A stretch of 57,465 nt of DNA, filler included, from Sphacelaria rigidula (GCA_964200075.2; 8 parts of 8 records of this genome joined end to end with filler, not necessarily neighbours in it), one strand, 5' to 3'. Positions 38,023 to 52,439 are shown, numbered from the whole stretch's first letter. Notes: generated by a model from the sequence alone, not told the origin. Numbers and translations: made by a program.

Positions 38023-39439
38023 TACCTATACGGCCGGTGTGAACAGTTTACATTGAACGTTTTGTTCCCGGAGCAAGTGCATGTCCAATATACATTGGCA
38101 TGCACTACTACACCATGACACGAGAAGTATGAATTTTCGCTTCAATATCTCCGATGAGATCTCAGCACAAAATATTTTGTGCGGGAAACATTTGCGCTGT
38201 TCTCGATATCAAACATAAGTACATCATTCCAACATATTGTATTGTCCAGGGTATACGTACGTATCACCAGTGACCAAATAGGTATCAAAAGTAATATATA
38301 TATATACTGGGTCCTCTCTTCTGTCACCATATTTCCTGGCCAATATATATATATATATATATATACCAAACTCCCGACGCGTGGGAATCTTGTACAGAAA
38401 TATACACATACTGTCCAGTGTTTGTTGGAAAGTTTGTTGAAGTTATCAGCATGTCAACGACATACATATATATCGACCGGGAAATATGTTGTCACCCATA
38501 TGGCCCCAATATATTTTGACGGGCCAATATGTGATTCGAGCCCACCAAGTATTGGTCATGCAATATGTCGTCGCTCACACGGCCCCAAAATACGAGTCCT
38601 TGTACAGTAGAGCCCGAACCATTCGGAATGGAACGCAGCATCTTGGAGAGCTACTTTGTGTGTAGGCCGTGGGGGGACGGTTAACCCCAGTTCACCTTCA
38701 AATTGAGGAAGGTTGGTACATATATGACACATGGAATGTTGTCGCCAAGGGGCTGGTGCGGGTCTGCAGTGATCGTTAGTATTACAAAATTCGAAAGATG
38801 AACCAAGAATACAAATGAACCCGCAAAAATCGAAAAAAAGAGCCATAAAAATCGTCCGCAGGCCTAAGAAAGCACCCCGCCCTCCCCCCCCTGTAAGCTT
38901 GGTCTCAGGGGGCTTGCTCCGTCCCGGCATCATAGGGACGGGCCCCTATGAGGTTGGTGTCGGTTGGCAATCACGCTATAAAACACGCCACTCACTGCGT
39001 TAGCGCGCTCGCGTATCTATTGCGGTAACCATGATGGTGGTCGAGCCACATCGTTTTGTGCGAAAACCTCGATTCCGCGCATAGGGGATGATCATACTAC
39101 GTAATATTTAAATTGTGAGACACCCATGAGGCAGTGTGGAACTCGTGGCTGTCTGTGGAAGTGGCAATGCCAGCAAATAATGCAATTCCTAGTAGGCTGC
39201 CATCCAAATGCAAGATAATTAGTACGCTTCGTGCTCAAAAACCTTAGTAGGGCGCAGCTCACCCTTCATGCGACTCGCCGAACACATCACGGCGCTTTGC
39301 ACTTGGTGAATGGTTGCGAGCCTGGTCCGGCCAAGACCCGGCGAATCCCGTCCCGGCTTTGTGGGGGTGCGGGGTCAATAATCTTATGACTATGGCATCC
39401 AAGACCATGATTATTGCCCCCCCCCCCCCCGAGCCGTGA

Positions 39440-40110
39440 AATACGCAATTTGGGATCCTGAGAAATGGAAACGGGCTTTGTTTCGCGGGAGCGGAAACAA
39501 TTTCGTCTCAAAATTGTGCGAAAGTGTACCCTCCCCCCCTGGTCGCTCTTTACCTCCTACGGTGCTCGGCGTTGTGCTAAATCGTACCCCGAAAGCTTTA
39601 CATGGGCCGCCCTCTTGGGTTTTCTGTAAAGTCCTGAACCGCCGGCCTTCGATGGTACCTTCCAGGAGAGCGGACGCGTGTCGCAGATTGAAAGTGAAGC
39701 ACCTTACGCGAACCCAAGCGTTATCATGGTGAAGAGCCTTCCAGGAGGTTGCGGGGTTACTCAACCGTCCTTCAGCGGAGTACCATTTCCCACAGATTTA
39801 CCATAACAAGATTATTGTTTCATGTAAGGTCCATTACACCCTACCGTTCGGAGCAGGCCCACTCTCCAAGAGAGTACCTTCGAAGGCATGAGGCAGACAT
39901 CACAAAATCCCCGAAAAGGTGGATCATGTAAGGCGCTTCAGGGGGTACGATCTCGCACGACCCCGAGCACCGTGAGAGGTACAGGTCGGCCGGGGGGTAA
40001 GGGGAGAGGGCGGGAGAGGGGGGTACCTTTTCGCACAATTTCGAGCCATCCCCCCAGGAAACGTTCCCATAAAATAGATCATTCCCATTTTTCAGCATAC
40101 CCTGTTACCC
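39440..40110. mobile_element. Foldback/MITE-like element with long degenerate inverted arms (about 39510-39604 vs about 39925-40041)
   Basis: aaattgtgcgaaag..tacc...cggtgctcgg...atcgtacccc..tttacatg pairs with catgtaa..ggggtacgat...ccgagcaccg...ggtac..tttcgcacaattt. Confidence 0.7.
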
Positions 40111-43100
40111 CGAGGTTTTCTAGCTTCCAAATTGTTTTCTGGGGTCCGCGAAGAGGTTTTCTCTCGAGACGAGACTGTCAGCCCCACTGACGGTTCGAAT
40201 ATTAGTGCTGATTGCTAACACCAGTGGAGCTTACGCACTGGTCGTAAGAATAATTATTTACTTGATTTTGAATTGAACACCGAGAGTCGGATCTCCAGAG
40301 TGGATGACAGCCCGAGCGGTCCTAGCTTGTCCAGAACGTGTTGTTGTCCGAACCGGTGCTGCAGGCGCCGATTTTGCTGTTTCCTTGATGGAAGGAGGAA
40401 AATCCAACCCAACACTTACCCCAGAAGCGAGTTCGTGTGCCGATTACCCTAAGGCTCGGCTTAACCACCTCGCGGCAGTCATGTGGGGAAGGCGCCTCGA
40501 GCGGTGGTTCAAGGCAGTATAGGGGGTGCTCCCACTAAAACCCCCTGTCAACTTGGCTCAATATACGCGCCGCCCTGCTCTTGAGAGCTTCGGCCCTAGT
40601 GCAGGCGCCGATTTGAGGTCTGCCAACGCACAGTCTGCCTAGAGCAACCTTTGCACACCCCGTGCCCTAGGGTCCTTGTGGTCCTTGGTTGGGGTCAGGG
40701 TCAGGCCTAGGGTAAGCTACCTGCCCCAGCTACACTTCAATACCACATGTTAATCAGTCGTAGAATGTCATGCGTACGGCACCCCTACAATATGCACGTA
40801 CCGGAGCAAGATGTAGCCCATGTGAACAGCGTACAGGTTGATTCAGGGTGGATGCCCAACATTTATTCCACACTATATTCAGAACGCAAACCTGATGCGA
40901 TAGGAAAATGTTTGGTACAATCATAGTGACCCCCACAAGTGAGCGAACAGTGTGATCTGGCCAAAGTTTTTCTTGCGCACTTTTCCGTGGCACTGGCAGT
41001 GAAAATGTTTGCACACCCTGGATAATGACATTACATGGTCAATAGATGCAAAATACCAAAAGTTTACAGGGAGAAGTATAGGCATACTGCAACTATTGTC
41101 GGTCGTCGATGGTTGCAACAGTCCTATACTTTACCCAGTACATTCCTTGTCTATTGCATCTATTGACTATGTATTGTTCAGGGTGTGAAATATTTATCGG
41201 CCAATCAGTGGCCTTCAAATTGTTCTGAAATTAAAAGGTTGGATTTCCCGACTCAATTTGTACCCAATCTCATCACGAATCAGAGCTTCTTAGTAACCGC
41301 CATGAGCCAACGAGTCTAAGGCTAAACAATTTATTTGAATACGGTTAGTATGGTATCAATTTATCCCCCAAAACGTGATATTTCGGTGGTGTGGGGCTTT
41401 GGGGTCGTTGGATGCTAATAATAATATGCACCGAAGACCCTGAAAGCCTCGTGACGACTTTCCTTGTAAGTTTCGTAGAAAAGCTCCGATCGTCCCCAAA
41501 CTGAGGAGTTTGGTAGATATGGGCGCTACAAATGGGGAAAAAAAGCGTTGACACATATTCCAGAGTTTATCCGCTCTCTACCGGCTTCCGGGGGTCCCAG
41601 CGTAAAGTCAGTTAGTTCGAAAGCAAATCAAATCTGACTCGTCCCCAGGTAGTCAAAAGAGAGTTCACACAAAGGTTCGTTACGTAACTCGCAACTTTGA
41701 TCTCGAACGATCAATTTGAGCTCAAGCGCCCAAGGAATACGTCGATAACATACTATAATCAAGTAATCAGGCGTATATTTGAACACTCCAACGGACATAC
41801 CGGCGATCACTCACCCCGCTTTTCTAGCGAGACCCTAAACATTTGCACGCGAGTGCTCTGGGGTATATCCAGAAAGGCTGTATGAACGGGGTTTCCCCCT
41901 TCTTTTCGCCAGATATCTGGGGTCCCCGGAGGTGGCGTCTTCTTTTCCAAGACACCGCCTTCATGGACCCCGAATATCTGGCGAAGGGAAAAAATCGAAA
42001 GGCCTCATTCTTACAGCCCGTCCAAGTATCTCAGAGCACCCGCGTGCGAAATTTCAGGGTCTAACTAAAAAAAGCAGCATGAGTAATCGCTGGGGAGTAA
42101 ATTTTGGTCGTTCACTCTGAATCAGCGTTTACGACAAGTTAAGGATCAAATGAAAACACCAGTTTAGCAACTCCAGCCCAACCGGTGAGGCGAGGAATAA
42201 TGGGCCGCCCTAAAACCTCGAGCGCCTTTGACAAGGGGTTTTGCAGAAACATCCACCATTCACCCACCTGTGTACCATGCAGGCACAGCTCCTATTGGCA
42301 TGGCCATGACACATCGACAATATCCTGTCCATGGTCCAGCGGTTCAGGTGCAAGTTCTCGAGTTCGCTTAGAATGGCCCCACAGAAACTCTACCGGTATA
42401 GCGTAATAATGTTGTTCAGGGAATTCTTGTACTTGGAGTTTTTCGAGTTCTGTTGCTCGTCACAAGTTCAAGTTGAATCCCCACCGCTGGCGACGGGTAG
42501 ACAAACCAACCGGCGTCATCCTTCCTACATTCCACTCTGTGGCTGCCGTCGTGCGACCTACCGTATCCTAACACCGTCCCCATGGTCAATCTGTCGAATG
42601 GGTGGGATCGGCGCCCAACCCCGGCGAACTCCTCCGTATGAAAATTGAACGGGATATCAAACGCAGTCACCCCTCTCGCCGCTCGATTCCGGAGGTCCGG
42701 GGGAGATAAGCGCCTGAAGCGCCCAGAATGAGAGTACCCCAGCAGCACCCAGCCCCGCCCAAGCACGCACAACTTTCTCTGCGACGACGGTGGTATATGG
42801 TGGGCGCGCACGGAGAGTGAGGGTAGGCACATACATAAAATAGACCCCAACCCCTGAAACACGTCAGGATCATGTTGGGCGCGTTTTTCCACACGATGGC
42901 GCTTGTCTTCCGAGTTTATCGTTCTTACGTAAATACTTGGTTTGTTTTGGACGTGACGGCCTGAGATCGCCGGGAAAAACCGAAAAAAAGTGAGAAAATG
43001 AGGAATCGAGTGTTGTTGGATGAAACGGTGGGGTTGGCTTCACGTAAAACATTGTTGTTGTTGTTGTCTTCACATNNNNNNNNNNNNNNNNNNNNNNNNN

Positions 43101-43217
43101 NNNNNNNNNNNNNNNNNNNTTAATTAATTAANNNNNNNNNNNNNNNNNNNNNNNNNNNNNNNNNNNNNNNNNNNNAGAAGGACAACATCATCAACGGACA
43201 GCATCACAGCGCCACAA

Positions 43218-43494
43218 GAGCTAACTGGAGCAGAAAGGTACCCAAGACCGGCAGCGGAAACACCCCCCGGCACGCGCGTCACCAACTCTAGCATCCAAAC
43301 GCCAGTGAGCAGCTATATCAAGGACAACAGAATCAGAGCTTCTCAGCTTATATCCCAGACGGCATGTATTCATCTTTATTTTGTATATTTGAGCTACCCG
43401 GAGCAGCAGTAAGAGGTACCCAAGATCGGCAGCGGTAGTATATCCCTCGACACGCGCGTCACCCACTCTAGCATCCGAACGCCAATGAACAAGC
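43218..43494 (+). repeat. Two diverged direct repeats of about 95-100 bp
   Basis: aggtacccaaga(c/t)cggcagcgg...cacgcgcgtcacc(a/c)actctagcatcc(a/g)aacgcca at about 43236 and 43414. Confidence 0.85.
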
Positions 43495-46400
43495 CACTTC
43501 CGGGACGTCAACGTCATCAGCTTCCAAGCTCCTACTTCAACACGAGCGGCAGTGCTCAAGAAGGCACGTTTTCCCATTTAATTTTTTCTTCGATTTAACA
43601 TCGAATTTTTTATAGAACCACCAGGATTGAAGAGTAGGATGACTTCAAGAATGTTTTGTTATCGATAGGTCGTCATTCTAATCTAGTTTGCGAGTTGGTT
43701 TGTGTATTTTATCGCTTTGTAGAGTGTGATATGTCCTCGCTTCTATTGAAGTGGGGGTGTTATACAACGCCACAACAAGTGGAGATGAAGATTCATTTTT
43801 CAGGCTTACAATCAGATTGTTCTTTGTCGGCAATATTTTGCCCTTCCCTTTTATCCCTTCCCTTTTATCCCCCTTTCATCCCCTGTTTGTTGGATCACTG
43901 TTATGCCCTGCCCATCTATGCAGTATCTTTCATACATGTATACCCGGAGGGTATGGATGTCATTTCATATTTCATCGTGTTGGCGTGTTATCTTCCGTCA
44001 TCTACCGTCATTATGTAGTTGACATAGTGGACGTTTCGAATTCATGAACCGTCATTGTTGTTTGGATCGAGGAGCAGTTTTTCAAAAATGTACAGTGTTG
44101 GTTTGCTTTTCCATTCAGCATCACGCCCTGATCGCTCTGTAATGAGACGGAGCGCAAGTGTGATTTCGGAGCGTTTTATGTGTGCTCTACTTTGGTTCTC
44201 ATGTGTGAGAGACTTTGGTTTCTCCCTTCTCCACTGCAGAATGATATGATCCCCTTGACTGTAGAAGGGGGTGTTATATTCCGTCATCTACGGTAGTTAA
44301 ATTTCCATTTTTGACTCGAGATGACTTCGACGAGAGATGTTGCGTTATACAGACATGTTGCCTTGTGTGCACAGCTACTTGTGTTCCAAACTGCATGGAT
44401 TAAAAGTCGTGAATTCAACTGACCGCGATGTACAGTACATAAGGGCAACATCACATTGGCTGGTGATACGAGATGCGGTTGTTTTTGTGTTGTCGGACAT
44501 TGGACGCTGATCCAACACGTTGAGCGTGCAGACTGGAAACAGAAACGGAATTGCGAAGTGTTATGAATGATTTCACGTAGCATTTGTCATGCTCAACTAT
44601 TTTCTGTACACTGTACTTCAGGCTGGTCACTGCTTGTAGACTGTACTGCATTACAGTCTGCTGTGTATCGGCGTATGACGGTACATTTCTCATGTTGCGG
44701 GCAAATGCGGACCAATGAATGATTTTTGGTTTTTTGGTTTCTACAGATTGTTTGTTGAGCATGCTTATACTATTTGTAGAACGTAACGGTACACGAGGGC
44801 GCACCAGCCGGAGTCTGACAGGAGGAGGGTCAACACATAATTTGTTTTTGTTCCCTGTTTTTCTTTGGTACTCCACCTCCTGGGATACTTGCGTGTATAT
44901 TTTTTTATTGCGAGGGAAGTTGAGCGCACTCCCTTTCCCTGCTGGGGGTCCGCACGTCGTCGACCGTTGGGGCAGAGTTTGTGTACCCACGGCATAATAG
45001 TGAAATGTTTTTCACAAAAAATCATTCTTTTTTGTTGCGTTGCGAGGAAAGACGCATGGGTTAGTAGGGGAGGAATTTCATCTTTGATATGATGGATGCA
45101 CGTTGTATTCGAATACTTTTCGCATTTTTGCATAAAATACAACGGGCGACTCATCTCTGCGACTATTTTTCTACCGCTACGCGTGACCTGCCCCCCATGA
45201 TGCGAGCCAATCTTTATGGCAAGGCAACTGCTTTCGAACCCAGGCGGATGTGCACACAAATGACGAAGCCCGGACCGCGACACCGCAGAGCCAAACCGAA
45301 AACAGCGACCGCGGCCTGGGCGACGACAACACAACCGCTTGGGGGGCTCAGCAGGAGCCAGGGCAGGAACCAGACACGCTTTGGCAATTAGGTTTTTATC
45401 ATTTGATTTCTTTGGGAGATTGCATTTGATTCGGAATGTTTTCGTCTCGTTATTCGCAGCAACGTGACATGTCAACCATGTGTACCGTTCCGTGGTTGCA
45501 TTTTTTTGTTTGATTGTTCTAGTTTTTGTTCCCTACGCCCTACGAAGTACTACCGTAGTTTGGTTATGATTTTTTAAACTTGATCCTCCACATGATTGCG
45601 ATGATTTTTTTAATTATCGAGAAAGAAAATAATGGGGGGGGGATTGACTATCTGCTTCCATGATTCTCTTTTCGGGTAGTTAAAAACGAAGAAAAGTAAT
45701 GTGATGGGGTTATCCATAGCGGAGTATTTCGGGAGAAAAATCATGTGATGGGATGATCCACGGCGGGGTATTTTGGATAGTTTGATTAATCGGTGATGGA
45801 TTTCGAAAAGGGAATTTGATATTTTGCGATCCGCGTTAGAACGTTTTTGGCAAAGTGATTCACCGGCTCTGGATTTTGGGTTGGAGATTTTCAATTACGG
45901 AAAGAACATGGCGTGAATTCAACCTCGAGTATACTTCCCAGAGTAGAACGGTTTTTAGTCTTGGGTGTCACTAAACAACTGACTATCCACTCGCCGTTCA
46001 ACATGCGGGACTGACTATGCACCAGGATAACTCACGATAATTGACTCTGGGGTACTCGATGTTATGTTTTCATGTACTACCTGGAAGCAATACCTCCTGC
46101 AAAATAATATGTAATATTGAATCGGGGGTGGGCGTTTTATTACGGAGTAATTTATATTTTGTTCTCTCCAGGGTGTGGCGTTTATTCCATGAGTAATATC
46201 CGTCCTGATATTTGGGTGAGTGTACTGTTCATGCAGAGTAACTTCTTATCCAACTTCTTTGCATGCACTTGGACTTTGGTGTACAGGGATTGATTTTTGT
46301 GAAAGAGAAAATATTATAAGAGTGGGACCATGAGTTTGACGATTTTGGGAATTTATCGGGCCGGATGACGAGCGAAATTTGCATCAAAGATCAGTAATTC

Positions 46401-48259
46401 GAAATTAAGTGGACTGATCAATCGCTAGTTTTGGTTACAATATTTTTAATGCTTACAGAGTTTGGTTTTATGTTCCGAGTTTCTCCCTGATAGGATATAA
46501 GCAGTACAAGTCGTTGTGAAATGCACGAGTGTACTGGTACATCAATTTTCTCTGGGTATTCTAGGGTCTATGAAGTGAACGAGGTTCGAAGGAGATTTTT
46601 TCGTGTTCTGACATTAGAAGGATCCAAGCTTGCAAGTTTTCACTGATGTGGGTTCTATCAACTATTCTAGGCAGTTGATAGATGGTCGACATCAGGGAGG
46701 CTAATGTTGTTTTTGTAGGATACAGAGTGGTAAAAACACGAGCAGATCTTGTGTTCTTATGTTGGCACAGATGGGAAACCTATATATTTTTGTATTCGAG
46801 CATACCTCTAGTTTAAGCGATTTGAACTTGAATTGATTCGATTTGAATTTGAATTTTGTTCTCGAACTCGAGGGGAAGTGGTACACACACCACTACTGTA
46901 CTGCAAGTTTTCATTTTGCAGTGTTTATTTTGCATACTATTCCGAGGAGTCATGTTATTGTCCAGAGGAATGATATCTCGGTCACTTGACATGTTGAATG
47001 TGGACACTTGCCTGATGTAGACCGTGTTGTAGACGATATGTTTAATCGAATTTCACATAGACAACAGCATCTTGTTACCATGAGAATAGTGCGTTTTTGT
47101 CATATTCGAGTATTGGAAGGTTGAGTGTGTTTCTCGAATGCCATCATGGAAACTGAGGAGTAAGAAAAGGGTGTCCACTGTGCATTCGTGTGTGATTTTG
47201 GGTTGTTCCAAGGGAGAGTTGGGAACTGGTAATGATTGAGATTGATACACATATATCTATTTGTTGTGTGCTGACTGACGCAAACAATTGTTGAAATGGA
47301 GCATGCATAGGTCATGGAGAACTGACATATTTTCGCGTTTTAAAATGAGGCACTATGTATTCAGGATGAACTATCAGTCCTACAGCCGTAAGCAGGGAGT
47401 CTAATCGATTGTACTTACGCTCCAGGATCTGCCTGGATACGAAGGAAATAGATATGGAGATTGGATCATGATGTGCAGGGGAAATACGAATAAGAGATCA
47501 TTCTGTTATTTGAGGTATACCCTATGTTGTAGTGGTTGCGGTGCATATCTGCTGGGGCGGCACACGCCTTTTCGCGTGCCGAAAATCTGGGATTATGACA
47601 TGTCATTTTGTATGAGCGTTTTTCCCAGGAATTAGTACCCCACTTCTTTCGGTGGTGTTGTGTGTCAGTTCTGATTCGGTGGTATTTCAGCATGTGTGTG
47701 TTATGTGAGAGTGGGCAAATATGGGTACATTAATCATGTAAATGATATCTGGTCTCAACTGGCCACGGCAGGCCTACAACTTCCCCGGCAACGCACCCGG
47801 TGCATGAGGCTTTCTATTACACAATAGTCAGCAGGTACCTGCTGCAGGAGACGCGAACCCCGTGCAAGATATCCGGGTACGTACTTATAAACTTGCAAAC
47901 GAAGGACAGACGGCACAAAAGCCATCAGACACGCGCTGTACGAGAGGAGAATTCCGTTGAGGTATCGCGCTCTGCAATTTACGAGAAGCGAAGTTGAAGA
48001 ATGTCGAAGGCAGGAGACGACGTTGGTACTGAGGTTGATCTTGAGCTCAGGTCTTGTGCGTAGTAGGTAGTTCCTGCAAAGCAATGAAAGGTGGCGATGA
48101 CACGAAGCAGGAGGAAGAGAGGATGGGAGGGGGTGCGAGAGTTATCAGTCGAAAGTTGTAGACTGTTGTCTATCTATGGTATGTACTGATGTACTGCTGT
48201 ACTGCACTACGACTGTGTAGCACAGCATGGTAATTTGAGAACACACCTCATCGAAGCTA

Positions 48260-48546
48260 CACGGGTGGCCACTGGGGTCTGCAACCTGGCCATTTTGGGA
48301 CCTTATCCACATTTGGTAAGGTCCGCGGATTAGGTGGACACCTGAAGAGCACAGCATGGACAGGTACGAAACAAGGCATGTTCCAGTCTACAGGGGAGTC
48401 ACCCGCCTATAGACTGGGACATGTTTTTTTTCGATCCTGTCCATGCTGTGCGAATGCTCTTTAGTTGTCTACCCAACCCGCGGACCTTGCCAAAGGTGGA
48501 TAAGGTCCCAAAATGGCCAGGTTACAGACCCCAGTGCCCACGCGTG
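48260..48546. mobile_element. 287-bp almost fully palindromic MITE with TA TSD, inserted in a tandem repeat of about 90 bp
   Basis: Arms pair over essentially the whole length with a very short central loop near 48397. TA at 48258-59 and 48547-48. The neighbouring repeat unit (about 48569-48652) shows the uninterrupted site. Confidence 0.9.
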
Positions 48547-50872
48547 TATCTGATACAGCAGTAGTATCCTGCTGTACTGCGGTACGAGTTTGTAGCACAA
48601 CATGGTAATTATTGGAAAACACACCTCGTCGTAGCTCTCTGATACAGCAGTATCCGTCAAAACCTTGGAAGGAGTGGTATGGAACTCTATATACTCACCG
48701 CATGTACTGTTCAGTGTATTGTAGTACGGCTCTGTACTATATCGTGAATCTACGTTTTAAATCGGACAAAACACCTCATCGCTTGTCACCTTGTGCGAAG
48801 GTTAGCGTTTTTGCGATCCCTGGCGGCTTGTTGGCGCAGTTGCTGCCGTTAAACAGTACTGGGCGAAGAATCTTGCTTCCGACCCATGAGAGACATAATA
48901 TACGCTCCGCACGTAAACTCTCTCGGGTTGAAGGTGTAGACGTAGATGACCGACAGCCAACGGAGTGCCGGGAGTCACGACGACGAGGACCACCGAGGGC
49001 GATGAGTTCTGGTCCACCAGTGAAGGCAACCGGAGTGGTGGCGAAGAACGATCTCTGCCCACGGCGAGCACGACCAGACGGAGTGCCGCGTGATCGGGTT
49101 ATTTCGTGGTTATTTCCATTTGAATTTTGCGCCATCGTTGAGACAGCAATAAGAACGAGAAATACTCGTGCGGTATGTGGCATACTCAGCACGGCTGCGG
49201 GTGTGCGTTGACCCTAGTGCAAGGGGTAGACCGATGTGTATCAAAACACCGTTCATTTCGTCGGATAAATACAGATTCGGAAGTTTCTTGGAATGTTGAA
49301 AAAGAGGTTCGAGGGAGTATACGAAATACATGTAGCGTAACCCCTGGGACAACAGGCCACAAGGGATTACCATCGTCACCACCACCACCGCCATTTTTTT
49401 ATTTTTCACACGGATACCTCTCAGGTGCCCCTGAGAGAACAAGACTACTGTGATGCTGCTGTGGGCTTGCGTATGCGTGCTCGTGTGCTCTACATTGTTA
49501 CCCGACAAAAATCAGCCGATTTTTGGGGCGTGTGCTGCTTGAATCCTACCGAAAACAAACAACTGATCAAGTTAGTTGATTTAATTGGCGTGTTGTTGGT
49601 TGGTTGATTTAATGAACTAATCATGAATAAATCAAGCCGATTTCGAAGAAAAATCAAGTATCAAATCGACCTCTGAAAATAGTTGATATACAACCCTAGT
49701 ACTTGATGCATCCACGACATTCATGTTGTCAACCATGTGAGAAAATAAATGGCGTGGACGAATAAAAAACGAGCGAATTCGATTCGACCGCGCGTTTTGC
49801 GACAGGAGAACAAATTGATGAGACACGGCCCAAGGGCCTGTCTTAGGGCGTGTCTTGGCACTCTTTTTTTCGATCAAAAAAGTGCGATCGATTTTTTTGC
49901 CGATCTCATAGGTCCACCGCATGTATGTTCCTCGAAGGCTTCAACTCAAAGTTATAATTAGCGGCGCGCGGAGAAGAATGCAACGCGCAAAAAAACATTC
50001 TTTTTCGGTCGAAAACATGCAGTCGAAAGGCACGAAACGGCACTTTACTCCTATTTTACAGACCACCACGCCAAACAACACCCGTTCACAGGACCATGCA
50101 AACTCCATACAACTCATTCTCAGCTACCACCACAACCCTGCAGCATAGAGCACGAGTTGAGCATAGGGATAGATACACGAAAGTAGTTGGGTAGTGCTTT
50201 AAACAGCCAATCATCTATGTTGAGGATGGTGCTTTTCATTGAGGATGAGAACCCGGAGGATTAAAATCCTNNNNNNNNNNNNNNNNNNNNNNNNNNNNNN
50301 NNNNNNNNNNNNNNTTAATTAATTAANNNNNNNNNNNNNNNNNNNNNNNNNNNNNNNNNNNNNNNNNNNNCTCTACAAAGCCGGGACGGAGCACGCCGGG
50401 TTTTTGCCGGACCAGGCTCGCACTCAATCACCAAGCGCGTCGGATAAGCGATAGATAAAGGAGCTCCACTGTATTACTCGACTAGAGTAGTGAGTCCTTG
50501 ACGGACAGCTGTGGGAACTTCCACCCCCTCCAATAGGGTACTATCCACAACTTGAGAGTTTCGGAGAGCACGCACCCGCAAAACGCGAAGGAAGGAGGCT
50601 CCACAGTTCGGGCAATCACCTCTCCTGCGTGCATAGGCGTTGGAAAATATGCATCAATACGGTACAGAAGAACATTCGCCCACCTCGAGCCAATACCAAA
50701 AAAGAAGCAAACAAGAACTTACGCTGGCACGAGACAGCCAGATCAACGATTGTATCCCCGCGTGTTTACACGGACACATTGTCTCCGGAGATCCTCTCCG
50801 TACTTCCCGCACCACCTCTGACGGTGATCAAAAGACATCAAAACGGACAAAATGATCGTTACAAGAGCCCAC

Positions 50873-50935
50873 GCCCCGGTGGTGTAATGGTCCGACCGTC
50901 GCCATTAGGGTGGAGAGAGGGAGGGTTCGATTCCC
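50873..50935 (+). pseudogene. tRNA-like fragment (SINE head or tRNA pseudogene)
   Basis: A box ggtggtgtaatgg and B box ggttcgattcc are present, but the acceptor stem does not pair. Confidence 0.45.
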
Positions 50936-52439
50936 GATGCGTTGAGTTTTCCTCTGAGTCATGCTACGATAGGGGGGGGGGGGTTCGATTCCACGAAAAA
51001 ATGGGCTCAACGTTGCGGCGGGCGTCCCAACACACTCGGGGTGCGCTTGTGTTTCAAACAAAATGAAGAAAAACAAAAAACGACCCCGGCGTTTATGATA
51101 TTTGACACAGTGCGCTCGTGTGCAGACATGTGTGTGAGCGTAGCCGGCATCCGAGATCATCGTGACAGAGCGGTCAAGGAACAGAAGGCGAAATACGAAC
51201 GTCGCAAAGCCCACCAGACTTTTCGTCCTTGTCCGTGTTCCTCGATTAATTTTTTCAACAATATTTGACAAAAAATATCACATAAATCACGACATTTTTC
51301 GAAAAAGTGCCCGCCGACAGCGGGGGGGCTACGTGTCCGGAACAACTCTCAACGCAGACCCTCGCCGACACTTTCATAAGAACTCATTGATCGGGTACAC
51401 GAAAATTGAAATCCAGCCGCACACCTACTTATGTACCCCCCACCCCCCCCACCCCCCCCCCCCCCCCAGCGCCCAAAAAAAAAAATACCTTCAGTCTAGG
51501 TTTCCTTCCTTTCGCCTGTATAATGCACGTTAATCCTCAAGCACGTACCAAGTACTCACGACTGTTCCTTGTCGGGAACACCTGCGTACTACTGTGGATA
51601 TGGTAGCTTGGCTTCATCTGGAGGTGGTCGTGCTTGGAGACGATCCCCGATCAAGACCACCGCCTACGGAAACCTTGGACAAAACTTACGAATAAAACAG
51701 CCATAACTCACATCTAATACGCCACTTGTGTAAATCGGTAATAACGCAAGGAACTCGTGATGAGCACCCTCGTCATCAGTCTCAGTTCAACTGCTCTTCC
51801 ATTTCAATCGACAACTGAACAGTGTCAACTGGTCCAGTTAACAGCCCTGACATACCTTCTTTTCTACTCTGTATTTTCTCAACTCATTTGTTACGGTATC
51901 TTCGTCTTTTCACCTTAGTTTTCTTGTTCTTTGGTCATCTCTGTTTTCTTCTTTTGTTTATTATTTTTCGTTTTTTTAGTTCTTTCTCTTCTTCATTTTT
52001 TTTTTTGTCCATGTATTATTTTTTTCATTTTCTGTTTATATTTCTGCACCTCCGTATCAGGGATGTATGCTGATCGTACGCTACCCCCCTCGCACACATC
52101 AATAGAAGGTACCCCACCTCCGACGCTGCTTGATACTGGACAAAGTTTAGTATGCGATCAATTTTATGGAGATTGTACGACGTTCGGAGGGGGGGGGGGG
52201 GGGCTACTACCCTCCCCCCCCCCCCCCTCCCCCCCCCCGCCCCTTNNNNNNNNTTTTTGTTTTTTTTGTTTTGAGGGTGATTGGGGGGGGGGGTGGTGGG
52301 GGGGGGGGGGGGGGGGGGGGGGGGGCTACTACCCTACCTCCCCCCACTCTCCCCCCACGCGGCCACTTGGCGATCCCCAAAATTCCTCCAGGGCGGTCAA
52401 ATCTCGACCCTCTGGAGGAATTAAACGCCCCCGAAGGCT

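Noticed and set aside
44451..45475. 179-aa and 236-aa minus-strand ORFs
   Set aside because: No recognisable domain or coding-like composition; they lie in repeat-like DNA.
48185..48790. Repeat-spacer-repeat pattern as a CRISPR-like array
   Set aside because: The units are about 90 bp and diverged, the 'spacer' is a palindromic MITE, there are no cas genes, and the context is eukaryotic.
7142..50326. TTAATTAATTAA recurring with about 7.2-kb periodicity as a biological repeat or array
   Set aside because: It is embedded in fixed-length N runs and is an assembly linker.
52185..52345. Duplicated gggggctactaccct with poly-G/C, and the 238/152/156-aa ORFs
   Set aside because: Same pattern around an N gap; the ORFs are low-complexity translations through Ns.
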